A model generated the notes under the pieces. The model did no database searches, was not told the DNA's origin, and saw nothing but the letters and a program-made list of their open reading frames with translations. A DNA stretch of 62,450 bases, counting the filler, from Choristocarpus tenellus KU-1152 (lineage: Eukaryota > Protista > Phaeophyceae): the NCBI GenBank assembly GCA_964200185.2. It is 9 parts of 9 records of this genome, joined end to end, with 100 filler letters (N's around TTAATTAATTAA, not from the genome) between each part and the next. Parts side by side here need not be neighbours in the genome. Positions count along the whole stretch, not along the records: positions 17,534 to 27,191 come from CAXNAD020003499.1; positions 27,292 to 39,125 come from CAXNAD020002112.1; 7 more parts are not named here. One strand, given 5' to 3'. Below are positions 24,357 through 36,116 of this stretch, piece after piece (the first letter of the stretch is position 1; the number at the start of each line of letters is the position of its first letter). Position numbers and translations under genes: made by a program.

Positions 24357-24995
24357 TCAAGTGAATAGTACAAGGTCCTCTATGAAAGGCCTACGCCCGC
24401 AGAACCTTAAGCACGTCTGAAGCACCATATAGAGAGTGGTTGCACAGTAATAATTCTCGTTTGGGCCACTTGTCTGAAACAAAATCGTAAGCACAGCGTT
24501 GTAGTTTGTTGCCAAAGACTCCCACTTTTTCATCAATGTGGAAGTGGGGACGGGCATGAAAGATGCTGTGGTTGTTGCTCTCAGGAAGGTCTTTATCGTG
24601 CTGTCGAACTTCTCGAGATTGACACGTTCAAAAAGAAACTGCAGGTTTTTTGCCCAATCAATCCTTTGCTGTGATTGTAGAATCACACGCATCTTTGAGT
24701 GAAAGAATCTTAGAGGGTACGAGTTTTGCCCTGTTTGTCCGTTTGGGGCTTGGCTTCCTACGGGTTTTTTTTTTTGACATTTTACCTACTCCGAAACATT
24801 TGAGAGTAGGTAAAATATATACGTTGTGAAAAGGTGGATCCGGAACAAGGATATTGACACTTTCCTACAAACACGATAGCCAAAATTACATCAAAATCAC
24901 AACATGGGATTGTGGCCCCCAAACGGATGCGCCTCTACCCTCTAAGATACTTTGGCTCATTTGCAAAAAACTCTGTATCGATTTCTTTCAGCATA
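24357..24995 (-). pseudogene. Intronless ORF (~123 aa) disrupted by a MITE A insertion, unknown function
   Basis: Removing 24697-24958 plus 4 bp restores MLKEIDTEFFAK-MRVILQSQQRIDWAKNLQFLFERVNLEKF... Confidence 0.4.
24697..24958 (+). mobile_element. MITE family A copy
   Basis: GAGTGAAAGAATCTTAGAGGGTAC...TACCCTCTAAGATACTTTGGCTC; flanks CTTT/ATTT. Confidence 0.92.
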
Positions 24996-26613
24996 CCCAC
25001 TTACTAAGTGCGCTTAATCAATGTACTCGATGCACATTATAGTATTTCACAATGATTGGCCAATTTCAATCTTACTTAGGATAGAGATTTGAAGTTCTTG
25101 TTTCACCTCCCTCTGATCCGCACCTACAACCTATCTATTATCCTCTTCTTCATCTCAGTCACCTCAGCGTGCTCCAGTGCACTGAGCGGGACGATTCAAT
25201 TTCAGTCTCTCTCTCTCTCTCCCTCTCTGTCTGTCAGTCTGTGTGTGTCTCGTACCATGTCTTGTCTGTCTGCCTCACCTTAATTCCCATGAATGAATTT
25301 TTTTCTATGATCGTTTTTGCCAGATTGAACCTGTATCAGAGGTACACACTTCTGCTGTGGTCCATCAAATATCAGATATGCACAAGCTGTATACACAGCG
25401 TGGCTACATGGTCATGGGCATTGGGGAGTACACCAGACCTGGGTCAATGGATTCTTAGCACCAGTGCATCACTGCAGATACAGTTGTAGGTTAGTAGGTA
25501 GAGATGTCTCACACAGCCACCACTATCTCGCTTGTTGGAGTTTTTTTCCTCAGCTGAATGATGACCAAGTCTTAAGAACTTCCTTCCTTCTCACACACAA
25601 TAATACCACAAGTATTTGAATTTGGATGGGAGTTGTGTACTTCCTTCGGCGTGTTATACTAGTTTTGGAGGAAATGGTGGAAGATGCACAAGATTAAAAA
25701 AAAGAATCGATACATGAAATGAGAGTACGTAAAAGATGATCCTCTGCCGCAGGTTTCTTTGTGAGCAGTTTTGAAAAGACTTGATGAATAATGTCCTGGA
25801 AGACACAAATCCCACCTTCAGGTATATCTTCTGCGTGGAGTGGAGTTCTTTACAGAAGAACAGATTATCAGGTCAAATGTGAGACACGCCTGTCGAACCT
25901 TGTGGAACAGAGTATCCTCTGAACCATTTGAAATTATTGAAACTTGTGGAATCAAATCCTGATTCTCTACAACATAACATACATGCATGAAGATAGAGGG
26001 ACAGATAGGGTCCGTGAACAAACTCATGGGGAAAACCGAACGTTGAGACTACTGCTTTGGGAGAGTGTGCAAGTGACTACTATGGGGGTGACAACCTAAG
26101 GATTATGCTGGGTTAGGTCCCCATCCTCTGCTGCCTTGGGTCGAACAGTGGAATTTCGATGTTTGAAGGATGTTTCATAGGGAGTTGTATCATGTAATCC
26201 AGAGTGCCCCCGAACGAATTATTGCTTCCAAAAGAATAAGACAAGGCTCTGAGTCCTTCCTATTCTTCAGAGTGACTGGTCTCTCATCCATCGTGTTTCT
26301 TTATATTTTGAGTGTGATGATGACTACAGAATTCACTTTCTCTTCCATTCTTTTCGTAGCTGTAAGGCCTGGTTTTCCAGTAGTAGTATTACCACATAAC
26401 TCGGAGGCGGTCCACTCATGCGTGACCTTGAGGAAGGACTTAGGATGACATGTGGTTCCAGCCTATCGAGGGTCACACCTCATTCGTGCGCTGCATAGGA
26501 CATCAACCTATTCTTCTGCAAGGAGGGTTCAATGCATGTTGAGGTAGCCTTATTAGGACTGCACACATTGGAGCACAATAACAACCATATTGCTGCAGCT
26601 CATATATACTTGA

Positions 26614-26871
26614 GAGGCAAAGTAAGCGAGAGGTACCCAGGTTTTAGTTGTTTTGAATTTTTCCGCCCCTCTTTTTATTTCTTGCAATTAAATTCTTATA
26701 TCGGTGGATGAAGTTCTTAGATTGAATCGACAGCGCAGATTTTTCTCCTGTTTCAAAACCTTTCACAGAATTCAGAAAAGTCTGTATACACCTTGTACAA
26801 AAAGTCCAAAGTTTTTGCACATACCTATCATCCTCCTTTAAAACCCTGGTATCTCTCGCTTACTTTGACTC
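26614..26871 (+). mobile_element. MITE family C copy, TSD TTGA
   Basis: TIRs GAGGCAAAGTAAGCGAGAGGTACCCAGG / CCTGGTATCTCTCGCTTACTTTGACTC, flanks TTGA/TTGA. Confidence 0.85.
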
Positions 26872-26989
26872 TTGAGAAATTTCTTCATTTGTGTTTCCTT
26901 TGTGTGTGTGGCAAATCAATTCCACTAACGGTTGAGTCACCATCGCTAGGTGAGGAATATATTTCCTGGCAACGTTTATAGAACCAAGA

Positions 26990-27191
26990 ACGATTGAAAG
27001 TCTTCAACCGTTTGGGAGGGATGCATTTCTAAAATTCTAAGATAGGTTGAATACGAGGTTGCGATATACCTGAGGATATAGCAGGAAAGGAGTAGTTAAA
27101 TCCAGACTACGTCAAATTGTTTCGGTGACTACGCAAGTGGCATTGTCTCGACGCGTCATGCGCTTTAAGCTGGAGTCACCAGGGAGATGGG
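26990..27191 (+). mobile_element. Non-LTR retrotransposon (RLE/CRE-like) 3' fragment
   Basis: YSRKGVVKSRLRQIVSVTTQVALSRRVMRFKL; same family as 27690-28045. Confidence 0.7.
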
Positions 27192-27291
27192 NNNNNNNNN
27201 NNNNNNNNNNNNNNNNNNNNNNNNNNNNNNNNNNNTTAATTAATTAANNNNNNNNNNNNNNNNNNNNNNNNNNNNNNNNNNNNNNNNNNNN
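27192..27291. other. Artificial contig linker
   Basis: N44-TTAATTAATTAA-N44. Confidence 0.98.
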
Positions 27292-27689
27292 CCCCCCACA
27301 TATAATTTGGGTCACCACCTCATCATGTAGTTGTCTCACCATCAACATTTTTGCCTCCTATACAATTAAATTGGTATGAAACCAAGAACATCACCCATCC
27401 AACCAAGTTCATGTTCTTATCGTCTGAGTAGAATTATTCTTGGCGAATTCTGTATAATAATTTTCACAACCTAAATAACTTCCATTATTGTTGCCAGTAT
27501 AGAGCCTAGTAGTTTGTTGTGTATCTAGCATATAAGAAAACAAAGACAACACACGTAACAACAAGCAAGCAAAACAGGTCTATATGGGTAACAACTCCAC
27601 GGTGGTACAACAAAGAAAGCTAGGGTAAAAAACGGACACAGGCACCCCCCCCCTCCCCCCAGATACTTTGATCCCTATTCTAGTATGTA

Positions 27690-28045
27690 TCACAATAATG
27701 ATATCATTTGACCTCGTAGTTACAACCTCAACACGTTTGTAGTGGAAAGTTTTGGGCGCCTCACTAAGCAAGCAGAAGTTTTCTGGATGAGTTGGCTACG
27801 AACGTGGTAGGGGGGAAAGGGGTGGGAGGCTACAGCAGGAAAGGAGTAATCGAATCCTGTTTATTACAGATAGTGTCCGTCACCACTCAAGTGGCTCTAT
27901 CAAGACTTGTAATGCGTTTTAAGCTGGAGACACGAGGGAGATGGGCAAGGAGGGGCTTGTCAGATTCTTGGGATACTTCCCTAGCTCCTCGTCTGGAGTG
28001 TAGGGCTAAGCTAAGTTGGAGGCATAGGAGGGGAGTGGTGTAGCA
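27690..28045 (+). mobile_element. Non-LTR retrotransposon (restriction-like endonuclease C-terminus) fragment
   Basis: PRSYNLNTFVVESFGRLTKQAEVFLDELATNVVGG...RKGVIESCLLQIVSVTTQVALSRLVMRFKL matches the ESFGRL...ISVTTQVA tail of RLE-type LINEs common in brown algae. Confidence 0.75.
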
Positions 28046-28851
28046 TAGCTGGTAGTAAAATAGCAAGTACATAATAAATGTCTTTCACATTTACACCAAC
28101 TGTTACTTTGTCATGGGTTGTTCAATTATTGAACTGACATTTTATCGGCTTTTCCCTTATCACATCCGCAAAATGTCACATGGCATTATTATATAATATC
28201 ATTACAGAGTGTTGGCAGTTGCCTCTAGGATCAGACCGATCTCGATTTTTTAAAAAAAGGTTGCCCAATGAGTTAATCGACGATCAGCATACCTGAACAA
28301 CACGATTTTGATGACCTTTTGACGGATGAAGAATATCCTCTAATTTTCCAAGAAAATCTTTACCCACATACATCCAGGCGACAGGATCAAATCACTACCA
28401 TATACCGCTAAATTGTATGGAGATATAACCCTACACCAACCCTAGCACCATTTGCTACTCCATTCATGCCAACCTTTACCTGAGGAGTACAAACGCACAC
28501 ATTACTTAGGAACAACAAAACATCACATACTAAGTTGTCATCAGTAGAAGAGGGGGACACGCCATGTATCAATAACAAGGTGCAGGCAATGATGGAGCCA
28601 AGACTTGTTATGGAGGTAATGCAGTCTTGAGCAGGCGAGACGCTTCCAACCTGTCCATTCTTCTTTCTCGCTACTGATCAAGTCTTTCACCCCCTTCATA
28701 AAAAAATACTGTTGAAGAAGGGAAGAATGCATCCACATACACCAAACACAAAACAGGAAAGCCGAAGACTGACACTGTTACGACTCTAATTTCCGGCAAA
28801 TCTCTACTGCTGTAGCCACATGCCGTGCCAGGCCCACCAAGTACTCACTGC

Positions 28852-28896
<45 letters not shown>

Positions 28897-29684
28897 CCAA
28901 ACCAACTAAATCAAGTGAACACGCAACAACACACTTCACAAAAAAAGAAGCTCAAACCGCGACAAGGGAAACATTTAAACAAAAGGTACACAGCACGCTC
29001 CACCCAACACACTGCAATGTATAACGCACAACTAACCAGCACCACAGGATCACCCCTCCCGGGGTACAACCAAAACCCCCCATCCATGGCACTCAGGCGT
29101 GCACATGCACCAACACGGAGAATAGTTCAACACAACAAATACAAGAGGTCTACACACGACCCCCAAGAACTCTCAAGGTAATCCAGCATGCCATTTGCAT
29201 TCAAGTTTCCTCAGTCACCCCTCTCACCCCTACTGTAGCTCACATAATAGTCCTGTGACTTTCTCCCTTCAAAACAAACATGCAGGCAGACCCATCACCC
29301 AGGACCTTTCGAATCTTTTCACGAACACCTGTCCCCTGCAAATGTAAGACTTACCTGCAGGCTTGACACTTTCCAAACATGGACAGTATCAAGTTCTTGG
29401 AACCTTCCACTGACCTGCCTCCTGATTCTCACGTCAAAGCAGGGGCAAAATACTAAACACCACATAACCCCCCCCACACACACACAACACCCTGTATTTT
29501 TTACAAAACCACGAAAGAGCTGCCATAACTACAGTAGTTATTGCATGAAAAAAATTAACAGAGAAAAAAGTCTAGCAATGATGACAACTCCCTGCCACAG
29601 GGCAGGCTACAGAGCAACACAGTTCAATCAACACTCACAAACAAAACAGAAAAAAACACTGATGTGATGAGTCTGTTCACGTTT

Positions 29685-30990
29685 TCAAGACATGACTCTC
29701 GTGAGAAACACATCCCCTTGCAGCATCATGTCCGTAGGAACAGACTGGTGCTGGTGCTGTTGGTTGCTACTGAGCACAAGCGGGTCAGTTGGAGGTAAAT
29801 ACATCATCAGTAGCTCCGACCTTGTGTTGATCACATCCTGGTCCAGAGCAAAGGGTCCCCAAGCAATGGTCTCAGCATGGCCGCTCTCCCCCTGAAATAA
29901 AACAGTAAAAAGTATGACCAATAAGCTAGAGGTGCAGTGCTACAATCAAGACCATAGTGCGCGCGAAAATATCAGCTGCCTGTGCATAAGATGTTGACCT
30001 AAAGGAACACCTACAGTGCTGTGACTTGGAATGGAGACACACCCTTGTAAAGACACAAACAGGTGAATGTTTGCATGAGCATGAATGCAGAAGTGCAGGA
30101 GAGAGCACACTATTGCACTACAAAATAACAAAAACAAACCCTAACCCTAACGAAATGCAAAAAGATAATTCCCAGTTTTATTTTTCCAAACACTAAATTT
30201 ATGCTCAAGACAAGATCTCTTTGACTCCATCCAGAACAAGCCTTAGGACACTGCAGGTCGCCAACAAAGCACCTCAAAACAGAAATACTGTAAGAACTTG
30301 CAAACAAGAAATTTCTTCCACAAGGCTAAACGAGTTCGAAAAAGGTGGAGGACGTCAGATTCCCCAGTGGAAACAGAGCTTGGGTATAACTTATTCCCGG
30401 CTGTATTTTGATAGGCGCACCTCCAGGGGTAGAGTCTAACAGGAGACTATCGTACCGCATGTTCCTCGCTTGTTCTTGGCAACGAAAGGATCGTTCAAAA
30501 GATAAGAAAACATTAACACATGTCCTACACCTGAACATGTAAACAAAACCTTTAAATGCGGGTCCTTCCTTTCTGTTTTTCTCGCAACAGTTTTTTTTCC
30601 TGACCGGTCGTACAAACGCCTCCCTAAACACTACCAGATAACTGCTACACGCAGTCAACCCTGTTCGAGCATTTGATTGGTCTAATCACTTGGTTTTAGA
30701 CCGCTGCCGCTACAGACTGGTCCCAGCTAAGTACGCAATGGGTAGAGATGGCCATTATTCTGAATGATGTGAAGTACGCACATGCTAGAAGGCAAGGAAG
30801 CTGGGGAGTGGCATCCAAAAGCTGGGATATTCCAACTTAAAACATCGCATCCTAAATTTCAACTTTCTACCGCAAGTACTACACACAATATATACAGTGA
30901 TATTTTCTATATTATTTTATATTCTTTTATTTAGAATAATAAAACTGTAAATTTAACACAAATACATTGTTGGGTGTCTCGAGTGATTTG

Positions 30991-31025
<35 letters not shown>

Positions 31026-34000
31026 TCTCTCTCTCTCTGTGTGCATAGGTGTCTCACATTCACATCTATATAACATGTAGCAGACATGGTCTGGACATGG
31101 CAGAAAAAATTTGAACTCATGGGTGGTGATAGTCTGGTCCAGCCAGGAGACATGACCAGTACAATACCTAGTGGACATGGACCAGGACATTTAATAATTG
31201 TTGGTCCTGGTCCGGCTAGCGGACATGGGCCGGTACAATACCTAGTGAACATGGACCACGAAACTAAAAAATTGGGGTACCTGGTTCGGCCAGCGGACAT
31301 GGACCATGATAATAAATAATTGCGGTACCTGGTTCGGCCAGCAGACACGGACCGACTCAATACCTAGTGGACATGGACCAGGATAATAAATAATTGCGGT
31401 ACCTGGTTCGGCCAGCGGACACGGACCGGCTCAATACCTAGTGGACATGGACTGAGACACGTTAAATAATCGTGGGGCCGGTCAGGCTGGTGGACGGGAT
31501 CTTTCTTTAATTTGCTGGTCCCATGGAAGAAGCCCTGACAAAAATCACCAAGGAGGCGGCGTCATCTACAAGCTACGCCCTCTGTAAACAAAAACCTCCT
31601 CCATACTCCCAAGCAGCAAGTCAGCCTCACATTAGCCTTCAGTTCAACCACCACCAGACTCCCAGCCTCAAGGGTCTCTAGAGGCGTCTGCATGTTCCAC
31701 GTCTTTGCCCACCAAAGGTGGTTGGACTCTAGGGTTGGGAACATCATATCCTGGGAGATTGACAAAATCAGGGTACGGTTCAAGGTTAGGGTTAGGGTTG
31801 AATTACAAGCAACAGGAAAGGGTTAAAATGTGAACAGGTGCATAAGAAAGGCTTGGTTCTTGCTTGATGTGCTCTGTCTGTACATGAACCAGGTTAATGG
31901 TGCTGGTACATACTCCAACAACCAGAGTGAAAAACGCCCTCCCAAACACTACAAACACTAAGCCACACCTGCTGCGCCTCCGTGAGCTTTCCCTTGGAAT
32001 TAAACACCGAAATGGTCAAGAACGGCTTTACCATGCCTTGAGTAGTCTCCATGCTCATCTTCTCAAAGAAGAAGGATACGTACGTGAACCCGAATGGCTT
32101 GGAAGGCGGTGGCAGCAGGGGCGCGTGTACCCATGCGTCTGCCCCCCCTGCCCCCCCTCCACTGGTACCCGATCCCCCAAACTGGCGAGAACCTTGCTTC
32201 ACCAGGGTTCGAGCGTTCTAAAGTACAAGGGTATAGGTATAGGTACAGGTACAGGTGCAGGTGCAAGGTGAAGGAGTATGTCTATTTTTTCAATCAAAAT
32301 GATCAAATGAAGAGTACACTACAATCGTTAAAAAAAATGCAACAAGAATGAGTTGCAAATGCAGTTAGATGCATCATGATAATAAAGGACTAAGAGGTGC
32401 TTCTAAGAGCTAGTGTATTGTACTATCTACTATGCAAAACTCTGGGGTTTGCATACAATTAATTTCAATACTCTACCACTACTTCAGAGTACTCTATTTC
32501 AACAATACTGAAGCTCTAGAGAGAACAAAATATCGTTGGGATTAGGGTTAGGGCCAGCACATATTTTCAACAGACTGAAATTTTTCCCAGGCACAACAGA
32601 ACCATATAAATATACCTCAACACATTTTTTTTTCCAAAGTACTCACCAGCCCACCCCCAAATAGACCCCTGCAAAAACCCTGATTAAGTCCTAACTACAG
32701 AGGTAACTATAGAATAATACCCATAGCCCATCGTATCCACTATAAAAGCAAATCATAACCCAGATCTACTGTCAAGTCTTCAACTGTAAAGGTGAAAATA
32801 TTGCGAGAGGATCATGCACAGCTATCCACAGCCCAGACGTTAGAATCCATTCCACTTTCAAACCACAGTGAGACTGACATAAATGACACAGAGACATGGC
32901 ATACATGCACCGTATATACACACTACACACACATATATTTATTCCTGTACACATACATGCACTACATAAATACATCGATGCGCATAGGTGTCGTGGTAGT
33001 GTATTAAATACCAACCCAAAACTCATGTTTAACAGAACAATCCCCAACCCTAACCCTAACCCTAACCCTAACCCTAATCCTAATCCTAAGGTACCAAAAC
33101 AAACCTAAAACATTACCCAAAACAACCTTTAAAAAAACAAAACTGAACACCTCTACAAAAACAGCCAAAGCACCAGTCGACAGCCATCCTCATCCATCTT
33201 CCATCTCATCTCGCCTCACCTTTAAATCCTTCCCAGTTTTAGAAAGCAGTCTCGGGCGTCCCCCTGACTCCTCCCTCCCTTCAACAACCCCAGCACCAGC
33301 ACCAGCACCATCACCAATCCTGGAACTGGTCCTAATCCTGGTCCCAGGCCAAGTTGATGTGAATTTCTCATCTGTACCCATCCACCCCAGCTGGCCCACA
33401 CCTGTGGGTACTGGCTTAGGCTTATCTCCCACAAGGTCCTCTGCCTCTGGATCGGCTCCACTCTCCAAGAGCCATGATGCCACACGCTATGGCATCAACA
33501 GAAAGTGATACCAATTACACACGTTCATTTAATTATACATACAATTAATATATTCAAGTAAAAAGGATGGAGTCTATCTAAAAACCCAAGTGGGCTTTAT
33601 AAAGAGTCAAGGTTAGGGTAGAGTAGTCGAATTTAGGGTTAGGTTTAACCACGAAGACTATACTAAATTAGGTCATGCACAAACAGGACCTTCCCCCCCC
33701 CCCCACCTCCCCCCCAATATACACACACACAAACACATTTATAGTTATACAGTTACACTTTTACTGAATGTTTGTTGCCCCACGATGCTGTCATGATCTA
33801 CAACCGACTGCACTCTTTTCCCATTAAAAATAAAAAATAGTACTGTACCTTCTCATGAAGTTTCAGGGACTCACTACGGAGGAGACAAAACAACAAAGAG
33901 TTTTCCTCATGGTGGTGACCCTCTCACGTACTCAAGGAAACTTGGAGACTAGAGTGTAAGCATGCTGTGTGTGTGTGCTCTACCAACACTACACCCACAC

Positions 34001-35872
34001 TACTCTGCGTCAACCCTAACACTAACCCCAACCCTAACCCTACACCACCAACTTTACAACACAATGAGATCACTCCTCCCACGAAAAACGCATCCCCCCC
34101 ATATATAACAACCACCCCACGGTGCATTATACAAAACCTCTTATCCTCAAACGGTAAAACAAACCCTTAAAAAAATATGTAACCATGCTTCAAAATCAAA
34201 TCGACAAAGAGGATAAGAGTATGTCCCTTCAAACACACCCAAGTACTTAATATAATACAAATGACACGGGACTGATACATAAATGACACGGGACTGATAC
34301 AGGAATGACACGGGACTGATACATAACTGACACGGGACTGATACATAACTGACACGGGACTGATACATAAATGACACGGGACTGATACAGGAATGACACG
34401 GGACTGATACATAACTGACACGGGACTGATACATAACTGACACGGGACTGATACATAACTGACACGGGACTGATACATAAATGACACGGGACTGATACAG
34501 GAATGACACGGGACTGATACATAACTGACACGGGACTGATACATAACTGACACGGGACTGATACAGGAATGACACGGGACTGATACATAACTGACACGGG
34601 ACTGATACATAACTGACACGGGACTGATACATAACTGACACGGGACTGATACAGGAATGACACGAGACTGATACATAACTGAAACAGAAGGGTCACGTAC
34701 TCGGATAGCCACATTGGAGCTTGGTGCCTTGTTCCTGTTCCCTCCAGCATCTTCACCATCAATAGGTGCCACTGCTGCCGCAGCAAGATGAAGAGGTGTT
34801 TCTCCCTCCTTGTTGGTCTGCCGGACCATACTCTTACGCCTGTCAAGATCTAGGAACTCCATTGGCTCACTACTCATGAAAAAAACAAGAAAAAAAAGGG
34901 GGGCACAGTGTTTGTCGGGATGAGCAAATTTACTTGTATGTTTTTCACCGCTCTGTAGTGCTACAGGTCATCACTTCCTGCCCTGTAGTGGCGAGAGAGG
35001 TTAATCTGAAGGTTTGTGCCTATTTTTAAGAGAGAGTTGACTGCAAGCGACTTGTTCAATAATTAGGGCTCCTCTCATTGATCCCATTAATACTGGAGGA
35101 TACGCTGCAGTAACGCCAATAATATAAACAACACCAAGGGTTATCTTATCATCACCTCAATTAGTTAAGAAGTTCAACGAATTTATTTAGGGCTACGGTT
35201 ACGCCAAGCAATAGCTATGAACTCTCACTAAAATACTAACACACTCATATTAACAGCCAGGGATGGGACCAAAGGGTCGTAATGAGGTGCATCTATCATC
35301 ATGTTCACGTTGAGATTACAAAACAAAAAAATAAGGTATAAAAGTCGATCGCACTCGCCTCCGCTTATCGTTGACAAACTGGTAAAACTTGACCAGTAGT
35401 CGTAGAGGAACCATCCAGTGCTGAAGCTCCACCTCGTCCACCGCAGAGAAATAGAGCCGGCCCTGTCAACAAACAAAATAAAAAAAGGAAAAAAAGTTAT
35501 CTCTCGTACAACAACAGAAAAAAATACATTTAAAAAAACAAAAATATGACACGTACGCTTGACTCGACACAACACTACGTGACAAAAAAAAAAAACATTA
35601 AAAAAAATAATATCTGATCCATGAACAATACACAAAACAGAATCGAGAACTTGGATTCAAAGTGAGGATCAAAACTGCACTGTAGTCGAGGAGATAGGGG
35701 GAATCATGCAGGACGAGGAGATGTTCACGCCTTCCAGTGCACACATGGTAGTTGTAGGAGAGATGGTCAGGCATTATTCCAATAAAATTAGGCTGTCCAT
35801 CAACGTATATAGTATTGGACAATGTTTCATTGCACACATAAAGTTGGTTTCGATTAGGAGAAGGTAACATAC

Positions 35873-35907
<35 letters not shown>

Positions 35908-36085
35908 CACACACACACAAGAAGGAAGGGTTCTATCAATGCACTCTGCTGTATAAATTGTTCTCTTTTTAAAACCATGAAACTTTTAGCAGAAAAGGGT
36001 CCAATAATAGTCACTGGGTACAAAAGAAATATAAATCCATATGGATGGTTGGATGGATGGTTGGACGTATAGCTTTCAAGAAAAC

Positions 36086-36116
<31 letters not shown>

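Noticed and set aside
33045-33088. True chromosome end
   Set aside because: The tract is short, internal and within an intron of a gene whose exons continue on both sides.
34261-34682. CRISPR-like regular repeat array
   Set aside because: Units are head-to-tail with only 4-nt junction variants; there are no unique spacers and no cas genes, and it lies in a eukaryotic intron.
34147-34700. Long ORFs (164-236 aa) with SVMYQSRVSYVSVPCQLC repeats
   Set aside because: These are translations of the intronic minisatellite; the real exon ends at the GT donor at 34700.
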